A stretch of 64,000 nucleotides of DNA from contig JAQGDQ010000103.1 of the NCBI GenBank assembly GCA_030141605.1, positions 310,001 through 374,000 of the forward strand, written 5' to 3'. The DNA is from Tubiluchus corallicola. Taxonomy: Eukaryota; Animalia; Priapulida. Positions within the stretch are counted from its first letter, which is position 1, and each line of letters starts with the position of its first letter. The position numbers and the translations under genes were made by a program. The notes under the pieces were generated by a model. The model ran no database searches. It saw nothing but the letters and a program-made list of their open reading frames with translations, and was not told where the DNA came from. This document shows positions 35,306 to 46,984 of this stretch, piece by piece.

Positions 35306-37882
35306 TCAAGATACCTCACTACCTAGTATATCATGACGAAAATTCAGAAGCTGAAACTGCTCCTCCGAGGAGATGTTTTTGTTGCTAGTGAAATGCTTAC
35401 TCAGACTAATGTCAACAAGACCTGCCACCAGGTGCTGGGGAACGTCAAATTCTATCAACTTATTACTAATGAACTTGGCAAGACTTTTGAACACATGCTT
35501 TGAAACAATTTTGCCTTGTTTGTAGAAAGGGTTCATGCATTTGACGACGATGTCTGCAAACATTCGCCGATGCCGCAGTGTGTCCACCGAACGAATGGCA
35601 TCTTTTGGCAAGCGCTCCACTTCTGTTACTGTTACGGCATCACTAAAGCTGACCCTTCTCTTAATGGCAACAGGAGCGATATCCATCGGGCTTTCTTTAT
35701 CTGACTGAGTATTTAAAAGAGACGTCACCTTATTATCCACATGAGAATTTGAAAGCGAATTTGCATTATCAAAGCCATTCACCAAGTTCTCGTTGGACAA
35801 GCTTTTGCCAAATTTATTACTGTCAATATCAACAGCACCTTGTGAAGGCAAGTCCTGTGAATCACGTTTCTTCCCTTGTTTTTCCTCTAGAAGTTGTGCC
35901 GCGGTTTTAATCCCTCCTGCAAAGAAATCTGGCAAGGTCTTTCTAATTTTCTGCCGTGGATTTCGGTACTCCTCTTTTTCGACGTGTCTTTCCTCCTTAA
36001 CATGACTAGAATCGACTGATTTATTCTGTAAGGCATCATGCAACTTGTTCTGCTTTGTAAGGTCGTTCACTTCCTTTATTCTCTTCATCACATTAGCAAC
36101 GTAAACGTTGTTTAGTTTGACGACAGTAAAGATCTTGAACTCCTCGGATACAGCTGCCAGTGTGGGCGAGCAACTCGAACTTGCACTCGTGCACCCACAA
36201 GCCGAAAAATTCTCTTCTAAAGCAGACAGCAACTTTGTATACATTCCCTGTCTTGTTTGGACTGTCAAATTTTTCACTCGAGTAGAAGCTGGATCTTTCA
36301 CGGCATATGTGCTATCCATCTTTTGCCGTTTTACTTTGGCTTCACCACCCGAAGATGACCTGCGTTTTCTCAGTTCATCTATTATGAAAGATCTAAGTTC
36401 GTCGCCAGCATTTTTGTCTGGCGACTGATCACCGCTGTCGCCAGAACCATCACCATAGTCACTTGAAAACTTTCCGCCTCCATACAAGTTAGGATCTGGC
36501 TTTTTCCAATCTCCTCCGACGATAGTGCTAAAAGTTTTTTTGCCGACATGACGGCCGCCACCACTCCAAACACCAGCCCTTAAAAAGGCCTCGCATTTTT
36601 TCACAACAATGATCTTTGACACACAATAATCACACCTGTTAACACAGTTTGGATGTTCATCTCCGAAGAATTTAGCAATGTGCAAATGGCGACACAGAGG
36701 CTGCTCACAGTACTGAACCATTTGCTCAAAATTGTATTTTTTCGCTTCCCATTTCTCAGCACTTTTATTGCTTTTTGCCTTAGAAGATTTGTCCTTTTTT
36801 AGGAGAAAGGAAACTGTATCGCGTTCGTCCTTGCTGTAATATATTCGACAAAATGATTGTTTCCCGTCTCGCCCAGCTCTTCCAGATTCCTGGTAATATC
36901 CGGCTATGGATTGTGGTACGGTCCAGTGTACAACAAAACGCACACTGGCTTGATCAATGCCCATGCCAAAGCTAATCGTTGCCACAATAACTTTAACTGA
37001 ACCATTCATCCAATCTTTCTGCACTTGACTTCTTTCGAGAGTCTTCAGTCCAGCGTGATAAGCTTTTGCTGAAACGCTAAGATGGACAAGACGAGTGGCC
37101 ACCTCTTCGCACGCATCTCGCGTTCTGCAGTACACGATACCACAGTTGTTCGACTCACTCCCTAGCGACTTTTTAATAAATTGTGTTAGGTCACTGAAAG
37201 GTTTGCTTATTACATCCTTAAACACAACGTCATAGAAAATGTTGGCACGAAAACAGGGTTGACAAAAATATTTCGCCTTTTGTCGAAAGTTCAGATGTTT
37301 TTTCACATCTTCTCTGACCCTACTGGAAGCAGTTGCCGTCACTGCTACACAAGGAACGTCATTTAGAAGTAGCCGGAACTTACCCAGTTTTAAATAATCA
37401 GGTCGGAAGTCGTGTCCCCACTGCGACACACAGTGGGCTTCGTCAACGATGAAATACCCGATTTTCTTGCTTTTATATAGTTTCTGAGACAAGCCTTGAA
37501 AACTGCTGGTAGCACACATTTCCGGTGTTATATATAAAAGCTTAGTCTTTGGCGAAACAAGTCTGAGATCGGACAAAATTCTGGATCGTTCCAACTGCTC
37601 CTGTTTTGAGTTAATGGTTTCACAGGGAATGCCTAAGTCCCGTAAGTGCTGCAATTGGTCTTGTATGAGTGCTATCAAAGGGGAGACAACTAGAGTTATG
37701 CCGGGATGCAATGTGGCTGGCAGCTGAAAGCACAATGATTTCCCGGCTCCTGTTGGCATGGAAACAAACACATCCTGGTCTGCAGACAGGACAGCAAGCG
37801 TAGCATCTTTCTGCACTTGATTTTTAAATTTATGATGCAGAAACACGGACTTCAGTTGATGTAGGATCTTCTTTTCATCCAT
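35306..37882 (-). CDS. RECQL5: ATP-dependent DNA helicase Q5 (RecQ5), single coding exon, 858 aa
   Basis: Helicase motifs MPTGAGKSLCFQLP, IVDEAHCVSQWGHDFRPDY and YYQESGRAGRDG; RQC zinc site CRH...CVNRCDYC; IRI/KIX-like RVKNLTVQTRQ...ALEENF; C-terminal SRI domain ADIVVKCMNPFYKQGKIVSKHVFKSLAKFIS. The ATG at 37882 lies just after a splice acceptor (ttacag| at 37890), with a GTAAGT donor at 38017, consistent with a 5' UTR intron. Confidence 0.95.
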   Translation of the reverse strand: MDEKKILHQLKSVFLHHKFKNQVQKDATLAVLSADQDVFVSMPTGAGKSLCFQLPATLHPGITLVVSPLIALIQDQLQHLRDLGIPCETINSKQEQLERSRILSDLRLVSPKTKLLYITPEMCATSSFQGLSQKLYKSKKIGYFIVDEAHCVSQWGHDFRPDYLKLGKFRLLLNDVPCVAVTATASSRVREDVKKHLNFRQKAKYFCQPCFRANIFYDVVFKDVISKPFSDLTQFIKKSLGSESNNCGIVYCRTRDACEEVATRLVHLSVSAKAYHAGLKTLERSQVQKDWMNGSVKVIVATISFGMGIDQASVRFVVHWTVPQSIAGYYQESGRAGRDGKQSFCRIYYSKDERDTVSFLLKKDKSSKAKSNKSAEKWEAKKYNFEQMVQYCEQPLCRHLHIAKFFGDEHPNCVNRCDYCVSKIIVVKKCEAFLRAGVWSGGGRHVGKKTFSTIVGGDWKKPDPNLYGGGKFSSDYGDGSGDSGDQSPDKNAGDELRSFIIDELRKRRSSSGGEAKVKRQKMDSTYAVKDPASTRVKNLTVQTRQGMYTKLLSALEENFSACGCTSASSSCSPTLAAVSEEFKIFTVVKLNNVYVANVMKRIKEVNDLTKQNKLHDALQNKSVDSSHVKEERHVEKEEYRNPRQKIRKTLPDFFAGGIKTAAQLLEEKQGKKRDSQDLPSQGAVDIDSNKFGKSLSNENLVNGFDNANSLSNSHVDNKVTSLLNTQSDKESPMDIAPVAIKRRVSFSDAVTVTEVERLPKDAIRSVDTLRHRRMFADIVVKCMNPFYKQGKIVSKHVFKSLAKFISNKLIEFDVPQHLVAGLVDISLSKHFTSNKNISSEEQFQLLNFRHDILGSEVS

Positions 37883-40389
37883 TGGTAATCTGTAAACCAC
37901 TCTTAAATTGTCAAAAAGAGGAAAGTAACAGTGTCAGAAGAGTATGTGGTTCTGAAAAATAAAGGTAATAATAATTTTTTATGACAAAATGTGGATGGCA
38001 AATTGTGGGACACTTACACTTTACAGGTCTTTATCTGGAAATGAAAAACAAACACTGGTGCACAGTCACTAATGTTCACTGTGATCCAATTATAAAAAAA
38101 ACCATCTGAAACTTTTTTAAAAAAAGTATCTATAGGCTATTAGAGATCAGATCCACAAGCTTCTGTCATTTTATTTATTATTTAATAGATGGCAACAGAT
38201 TTTGGTACACGAATCACAAACGACTGCTCGATGCACGAGCAGAACAAACAAATTTTTAGGCTTTTGCAATAATGAAGAAACAAAACGAATAAAGGTGTGA
38301 AAATAACAACAATAACAACACGAAAATCAATAGCGACAAAAATTTACAACAGTGTATTAAATTGTTAATAATTATTATAATTATAATATTTTTAAGACAT
38401 CGCCGACTGGAAGATGCCAAAGTCAGACAATAAACACAAAAACATGAAAAACGAAACATGTGGCGCCATCTGGCAGCGAAACAGTTCACAAGGTGGTATT
38501 TTAAAGAAAACAGCTATCTCTTTAATAAATGTTGACTCAATAATTATTTCAAGGGAAAAATCATAAAACTATTTACTCACAAGCTGCATGTTTTAGGTTC
38601 TGCTTATTAGATGTCAGTCAGGCCAGTTAGTCAATCAGTAAAAGACTGTTAAGCCTAAATAGCCACTAAGCTCACTAATACAGTATTAAAATATGATAAA
38701 GTTGAATTTGCTAACTAAGTAATACACGTAATAAGAAAATCAATAATTAACTATATATAGCTTTGGCTGCAACTATATGCCAAGCAATTGCAGAAGTAAA
38801 AAATAGTGTAAATATTAGCAATGTAGGTTGTCATTGCCTGTGGAAAAGAGGAAAAGAAGTCACCACTTAAGCTGTCATAATCGCTTGGCCACTTTTGCTG
38901 ATATTATTAACATAATGTCAATCACTGCACTCATGAGCTACGAAAAAGATTTTAATTCTGTTTACCAAAGTAGATAAAGTAGATGTTACACAAAGCAGGT
39001 GTAGATACATGTAGGTGCAGAAAAAAGCAGGTGGTAGTACAAGTAGATGCTGCAAAAGTAGATGTGGATTAAAGATAGATGAAAAAAGTAGATGGAAGTT
39101 TAGTTTAGTTTAAAATCTTGAACTTTTGTTTTATTCCTGCTGGACTTGATAATTCTTGTTAATTTAGATGTCATCAGTTTCGAAACATTATAAATCAACA
39201 GCTGTTTGCAAGGAATATTGCTAACTAAAAAAACTAACAGTTATTGAACCAAAAAGTGGCTAGTGTTATTGTACCTTTAAAAATCTGAGCAAAAAGGGCA
39301 GTACAACTTGAAAAATTACAGAAAAGCGCTTAGTGTTGTGCTACTACTGTAAAAACTACAATAATTACGATTACGAAAAATTATAAAAAATTGGCATCTT
39401 TATGGCAATTGTCACTCATTATCAAGAGAAAATAAACTAGTGGTAAAACTATGCGTTTCATTAAATTAAGCACTAACAAGCAGACAGGAAAATCTTTTTA
39501 GAAAAAATAGGTGTCGAAACAAAAATCAAGTTCTCTGAAATAATTATTTTAAACCTAAGCATACAGTATGATGACACATGTGCACTGTTTACAGTGGTAC
39601 TTTAGGCCCCCTACTCTTTTTTTGTGATGAGTTTTTGATAGGTAACCCAGGTGTTGACAAACTTTTGCAATTAACCATGCAAAATAAATCTTTTATTTTA
39701 TAATTTTGCCTATCCAACATCTACAATAGACATATGATGATGCAAAATAAGAAAACCTTGCAAATGTACATCGCATAAGGAAACTGCGGCTTCCTTGGTC
39801 TCCCTAAAACATACGTAATTTAATGTTGTGGTTTATGCTGATAAGTTGACAGCACACATTATTGGCAACATCTGTTTTACGTACTATCATTTGCGAAATC
39901 TGTTATAAAATTGTAGTTTATGTTAACTCAAAAAAATTGAATTTGAACTGCTTTCCCCATTTGATTTGCTCCATATACTACGCTTACTCGAACTAAACTC
40001 TGATTATATACATGTACGAAACTACTGATAATTATGCACCTTTAAATTTAAAGTAAACAAATATAAGATTAAATAAACATTTAATTACGTCATTTCTTAT
40101 TAGTTTATTGTGTCATCCTATAGGCATATTAACTAGAATTAGGGAAACATAATTTCGTTTTAAAAATTTCTAAATTCTTTCTTGCCACTATCTTTAAGGC
40201 CCATTTCTAAATACTAATCACAATATGGGAAACTTGGCTCCTGGCTGAGAGAGAGAGAGAGCGGGAAGATAGTCCGAAGATTTGGCGCATCGTAGCAACA
40301 GTTACAGCCAGTTGCTTACATTCTTGAGGGCAGATTTCTTTTATTTTAGTGTTCTGACTGCCCAGTGTCTATAATTGACGCAATGGGCA

Positions 40390-40390
40390 T

Positions 40391-40427
<37 letters not shown>

Positions 40428-40562
40428 CGATGCTTACATTCTACAATCTAGTGTCTAAAACTGTCTACAGAGTACAGCCTCTGTTTCTATGTCCCTTGCC
40501 ATGACTAGTAATACTACTACTACCATAATAATAATAATAATAATAAATAATAATAATAATTA
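40390..40562. repeat. (GAT)n and (AAT)n microsatellites
   Basis: Directly visible at 40390-40432 and 40526-40562. Confidence 0.9.
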
Positions 40563-40689
40563 TAACTCTGACTAAAGCCGATTCCTTGTTTTAAGCTATG
40601 ACTCAGTTGTATACCTAAAGCTGAGATAATTGCAATACATAGACCACAGTAGCGTACAAGCAAATTCTCTTTAATCAAATTTTAGCAGT

Positions 40690-41100
40690 ACGCCGATTTG
40701 TATCTATAGGTAACCCAAAGTTGTTCAACGAATGACTGCCTTTCACAAATTTTCTGTTGGTAAATTCTTTGACAACTTGTAACGGGTGATGGAGAGGGGA
40801 TTTGTACCAGAAAACATTTGGAAACTGGATGAAACAGGCATATCCATGGCTGCGAATATGATAGCAGTGAAAGGTACAAAACAGATGGGATCCACAACCT
40901 TCCATGAGAGGGGCTCACTCATGACTCTTTGATACACAGTTTTTAATGCCTTTGAAAACCACATTCTACTTTTTCATCTTTCCTTGGGTCAATGCCTCTA
41001 GGATCATTGGCGACTTTTAGCGCCATCAGTGAGTGTAGTCATTAGCCATCCAAAAGCAAGTGGCTGGATAACAACGAAAAACTCTCCAGAATAACAATTA
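40690..41100 (+). pseudogene. Decayed pogo-family (DDE_1) transposase fragment
   Basis: Translation RMTAFHKFSVGKFFDNL*RVMERGFVPENIWKLDETGIS...AVKGTKQMGSTTFHERGSLMT, followed by FIFP and SGW remnants. This matches the pogo IWNxDETG...KGxKQVG...ERG pattern but carries a stop and frameshifts. Confidence 0.8.
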
Positions 41101-42893
41101 TGTGCTCCATTTTGTGAAGTATGCCTAGGTCTGCAAGCATGTGTTCAAGGCTGATGTTTGCTAACCTTGTTACTTCAGAGATGATCAGGCATTTTGGTTA
41201 ACTGGCACTTTGCAGGTTAGGAGCCACCAAACAAAAGAAGGGACAGGGGGAAATGGGCTTTTGAACTCTCATCTGCCGATTTCTTCGCAAACGTCTCGCA
41301 TTAACTCACCAGAAACTACAGAAAATGCGCATTCCAGTCTGGTGGAAAATGGCTCCACTATCCAGCGGGACATTCCACAAAGTTTGCCACCATAGACCTA
41401 ACACACGAGATCGAGTCGTGCTATCAGAAGACCACTTCATTTTTTTGAGGAAGGCAACATCAAAACTGGGAGATGTAGAGAAATAGCACTAGATGTGCAA
41501 TATAGACATTATAGACTCATTCACTAACCAGTGTAGATCGTACACGTTATAAGGTTTTGCATATTGCAATTTTGTTCTTTGTCTAATTTAGGGTAACATT
41601 AAGCAGATGAGAAGGGTGAAAGGGTCTTGGCACACGTATGGGGAGACACACTGAGAACATCAAATCAGTATTCCTTTTTCATGGATGCACGCACAGACAA
41701 CATTCTTGAATGACATTATAAACATTCAAATAGCATGCTATAAATGAGAGAGGACGTCAGTTTGTGTAAGTTCCGATAGCCTGCTATGTACAGTAATTGT
41801 TCCATTGATAAATAATTATGTTAACTTGATGTTATATTAGATATACAGAGGGTGGATAGCTGAAATGAGTCAATAAGTTATATGTAAGTCATAAGACATT
41901 TATTTCACGTAATACATTTACAATAATTTTATGTACAAAATGTAGTGAAATGGCCTACAATGAAATTAATACAAATTATTTTACTGCCTCTGCACAAAAA
42001 AAGCCTCACACCATGTTTGCCTATGTATAAATGTAGATGCATTGCAGGCAATCAAAATTAAAATTTGTTTTGATTGTCCCACACTGTGAAAGAAAAATAA
42101 AAGTAATGAAATTAAGCTGAAAAGAATTTAGTGAATCATGTGATAAAAAAATCAAATTTGGTGCTTCAGAATGGAATGATATAATGAATGAATGTAATAG
42201 GGCTTTGTGACAAGTTGCCCATTACATGCGACTACCCGGGCACAGGACAAAATGACACTATAGCAAGGACTTTCGATATGTTTGCATTAGAGTTTTAATT
42301 GAAATCTTGACAGTAGATGCATTGTACATGTACGCATATTGCATATGACTAATTGTTTAAATGAAGTATTTATGAAAAACACGGAGGCTGCTTCGTGCCT
42401 TTTAGCCCTTCTCAGGGTTCTGACCGTGAAGCGTCTGTATCGCGTGAGTTGCTCAAAATCAAGACAAACCGCTTTGCTTTCCCAGCATGAATAGTGTCCC
42501 ATGTTGCAAGTGACTGTGACGGAAAGTCTGAAAAAGGCAGAAAGAAGGATTCTTCATCTAATGCGGAAATAATAAAAAAATCGTCATTTTTTACTAAATC
42601 TTATATAGATCAATTAAATTTTAAAGTATGTAGCTCTTGGCGAGTGGCAAATTTTAATCAAGGTAATGCAGTCCAAAAAAGAAAATTGCGTCAGCAGGCA
42701 TATTTTATTTGTACGAAAATTTCAGTTTGTTTTTGTTTATTCTACATGTACATGCTAGTGCCATCAGTATTTAGTAACAACTAAACTTTCGATTTTCTAT
42801 TATAAAAATGTTTGGATCTGCTAACTCAATAGGTATTAAAAGCCTCAGTTCAGATTTGGTATTATAGAAAACTATGATTACTACTACTAGTAC

Positions 42894-45800
42894 TAGGGTG
42901 GCTGACGCGCGCCGCTATATTGTAGGAGATGCAGATCGAACATTATTTTGCTGCCGCATTTCGGTTGTTTGTTTGCAAGCAACATCAAAGTAAATTAAAA
43001 TTATTGAAGTGTTTCTATTTTTGTTTGCCTAAATTTGGTCTTCTGTAGTAGACCAAGTTCTGAGAACGAAGCTTGTGAAATCAACAAAAACGGCTGCACA
43101 GCCATCGATCCGCCAGCGTGACATCAAATATGGCACCGCTTTTAAAAATACGATGGGTATTTTCAAATCAAATTGTGGCCCGGACTAACAACTTAAAATT
43201 CGAAAAATTCAAGCTTACCTGGGTAAAAAAAACCGCTGATTATTTTAAGACCCGAGCCACAATTAAACTCCAACATTTTAGTCGTCAAAATAGCGTATTT
43301 TAAAAATATACGCCATTATTTAGTCCTCGAAAAATGGAAATCTTATTGGCTCGCATCTCAAACTATTCTTCCAAGCCTAATCTTAACTCCAAAACTAATT
43401 TTGATTGGTTAGAGTGAGTTAGTCCGGGCCGCATTTGTCCATTTAGAGAACCCGATTTGTACTGAAAACTTCTCTTTTGCCTCCTCGCTGACTGGACAAT
43501 TTGGGTGAGTTGTGACAAGGCGCTTTGCGATTGGTTGCTGGCAGTAAATTCTTCTTAGATGGGCGCACAGCCTGAAAGATGTATTGTGAAAGCCAACATC
43601 AAAAGATGGAACATATCTAACTGTAAGAGTCATGCTTCTGGGTAAGTTAATGAAACTTTGTTGTTTACTACTGTACCTGTATTCACTTTGTCTACTACTG
43701 TACCTGTATTCCCTTTGTGTCTTGTGCCTGTATTCTTGCTTACATTTGTACTTGCGCTTCTTATATGGTAATTTTTTAAGTTCTACTACAGTTTTTTATT
43801 GTTTGCCTAATTTTTGACATTTTAATGTGCTTGCAACCAGTTGTATTTTTTAAAGCTATTTTTAAAGATGAAGCCTAAAAGTTTATACTGATTAATTTCG
43901 CCTCAAAAGTACTTTATTGCTGTAACATTGGTTCAAATGCTTTTTAAATTTAAGGATACTTTGTATGGGCCTAGCTAATGCAGGTAAAGTTTTGCTTATT
44001 ACTCGAGCTGAAATTACTTCTGAAAGCATTAGCTGTAACTTCTAAAACAATTGCTTTATCTAAAACAATTTTAAATACACATTTTAGTTTTTTGTGTTAT
44101 TTTTTGTTTTAATCACAAGACATTTTGCTACTATATTAAATTCTATTGTTTGCACATTGCCTACCAGTACAAAATTATGCCTTAAAGTGAATTGCTAATA
44201 AATTCATTAGATGCTCTAAAATGTACTGTGCATATCCAACCAGAATCACCTCACACTCCCAAAATTGTTATGCGCAGCCAATATTATAGCTGTTTTTGTG
44301 TTATGTTAGTCACATTATAATGAAAGCAGGTTAAAGTACTGAGGTATTTATTTGCCAGGAATTTAATTACTACATATTTTCATTAGCTATTCTGACTAAA
44401 CTTTAGTTTTGGGTAAAGGTTTTCCAGTCAACAAAACTATGATAAACAAAACTATTAATTTTGATGTTTATTATGATATTAAAGAATAATTATGAGAAAC
44501 TTAAATATTGAAAACTTGTTTTTCTAGGCTTTTGCAAATCTTACCTAACCTAGTGGAACCCTGCAGACCAGTAAAGTTATTATAGTGTCATCTTCATTTT
44601 GCGTTATACAACCGCTAAAAGATCAACATTTGAATTTGGAGTTCAAAATCAGATAATTAAGGTTTCAAACATGTAAACTTTTGTAAATTAGCTTGTAAAT
44701 GCTTGTTGTTAAAAGTAAGCTTAAATCATTATCATCTCTTGTGCAGAAAATTCATATTTTAGTAAAATACTTCTATACTTTACTATGATAAATTTATAGT
44801 CATATATCTTACCAACCCAATATTTGAACCACTATTCCTTTTAACTAAGTCTTTGTTTCTTCAATCTTATCTGTCCTAAAAACTCAGCAATCAACCATGA
44901 AGACATACTCAGCAGGAGTGGGTGCATCTTAGACTTCTTGTAGTTAGATGTTGTGCTTGTATCCAAAAAACCCATATCAGGTTTACTTGCAATAATTTTA
45001 CTTTTCATTTTCCATTTTTATCCAAGTTTGGCATAAAATTAATATCTAGGCATAGTCTATCATTAATTCATTAAAACCTTCATATTAAGAAAGTAGTACA
45101 AAAATTGTATAATGTACTATAAAAAAAATCAGATGTGAATATTTTGTATAGTTAACATCATTATTTATAATAAATTTACTTTGCATTATTACAAGTTATG
45201 TTTTAGTTATTTTTTAACTTTTGTCATTTTTGACTTTACCTACCAGTAAAATAAAAAAAAATTGAAGAATGAACTTGACTAATAGCAGAGCAAAAAAGTC
45301 TTAAAAAAGTAGTGAGCAAATGCAAGAAAAATAAAATTGCTAATAGATCTGCTGCAAAACCCTAGTGTATGATTTGTATGGGACATAATATACATATATA
45401 CAATGAACATATTCTAGCCCAGTTAAAATCTAGTACACATTTGAAATTGAGAAACGGGAATTGTAAGCTCTACATATATTGCAAGTTACAGCACACAGTC
45501 ATATTGCAATAACTGTTTTGTCATTTTTGTATCTCAGATAATGTTACAAGACATTTCATTGCAGGCAGTTAATCCTACTGAGCTAACAGTTCATTTAACT
45601 ACATCCAAAAAGTACATGCATTGTCGATTAGATGTACCTGGAAATTGCAAACTTGCCATGCAGCTTTCACACTAGAAAAATTTCATTATACGCACGTAAC
45701 AAAAGTAAAAAACATCAATTAGATATGCCAAAAAAAGGAAAAAAGTACATTAAAACAGGTGTGATCAAGGGGTGCATTACATGCACCCGGAGAAATTGCA

Positions 45801-46984
45801 GACCTATAATGTATCCAGCTTTTCCATGCTGTATCATTTCTTAAGAAACCTATCTGGGTATCTGAGAAAAGGTAACAATTAGCATTTAAAATTATAAAAT
45901 AAAACAGTTATCGATTAGTTGTGTCACGTGAAACTAATTAACAATTTCCAGCAATAGGTGTTGCGGAGCCCTTGATAACCTTTCTTGGGTACTAAAACGC
46001 ACATCATTAATTATGATTTGGTTAACATTTATATTATACCATGAAGTAACAAAAATGATAAAAGCATCAATTATATGTGCCTGGAATAAGGTCATCAATG
46101 CATTAAAACAGGTGTAATCAAGGTAGTGCATACCCTATGATAAAAGATTAAAGATTTAAGGTTTTATTTTTGAAAAAAATACCTTTAAAATGCTCTCTGA
46201 TTATTTCTACAGACTTAATTAATGCGTTGCCATGACAACGGAGTTTCTTCATCCCAGATTTTTACCTGTACAAGAGGAAAACATGGACTTGGCACTAAAC
46301 ACAGAAAAATCCCTTCAATGGTTATGTGTAACCAACTAAATCCCACTTTCTTAAACGCATAGTTTTCATATCGTAAATTTGGTAATACTCACGAAAATGC
46401 TGTTTTCCCGGTTTTTCCTGTAAAAATTTTTCCTAGCAGAAATGTGGAGGTGCAAAATGTTTATGATTATCTAGTTACACTACACTGAGCTACCAAAAAT
46501 TATATTAACACTTAACTACCAGCTGAATTGGCATCTTTTATAACACTCTAAAGTTGACAACTTAGCACACTTTCATACAAGGTCCATTTTCACACCCGTT
46601 AAGGTAAAACATCATTCGGGAGTTTTTTGGATGCTGGAAAAACGAATACTATGATGCCATATGACATGATATGATTATTTCTCATGCAATGCATTCCATT
46701 TAACAATACTAACATACTAAAATCTGTATTTGGAATTCTTAGCTATAAATAATAGAATGCTAAAAGTACAATGTTTAACTTTTTGCTCAAACCCCGGACT
46801 TAGCCATTTTTTGTTACTCCAAAAACTCGACCGTTTTTTGGAACTTTAACTGCCTGTCATTTCAAAACTATTTAATTATTTGGAATGCGGTTTGTTTTAA
46901 ATTAAATACATGCTTATAGTGCTATCAAATGAGCACACTTGCAGCTATGGTGGCACACTCTATAATTTTTGTTCAGCCACCCTA
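42894..46984. mobile_element. 4.1 kb non-autonomous DNA transposon (hAT- or MULE-like)
   Basis: Perfect 12-bp TIR TAGGGTGGCTGA / TCAGCCACCCTA. The flanks share the direct repeat ctagtac (TSD of 7 bp, or 9/11 bp if the termini are trimmed). No transposase ORF seen. Confidence 0.8.
43155..43453. mobile_element. MITE nested in the 4.1 kb element (Harbinger-like ends)
   Basis: GGG...CCC termini with GAT on both flanks; inverted subterminal ggcccggactaac / gttagtccgggcc. Confidence 0.6.

Noticed and set aside
35306-37900. Intronless RecQ as a horizontally acquired bacterial recQ; ORF-track start at 37900
   Set aside because: It has the RECQL5-specific KIX-like and SRI regions and no recognisable HRDC domain. 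The 37900 start is a GTG upstream of a splice acceptor; the first ATG is at 37882.
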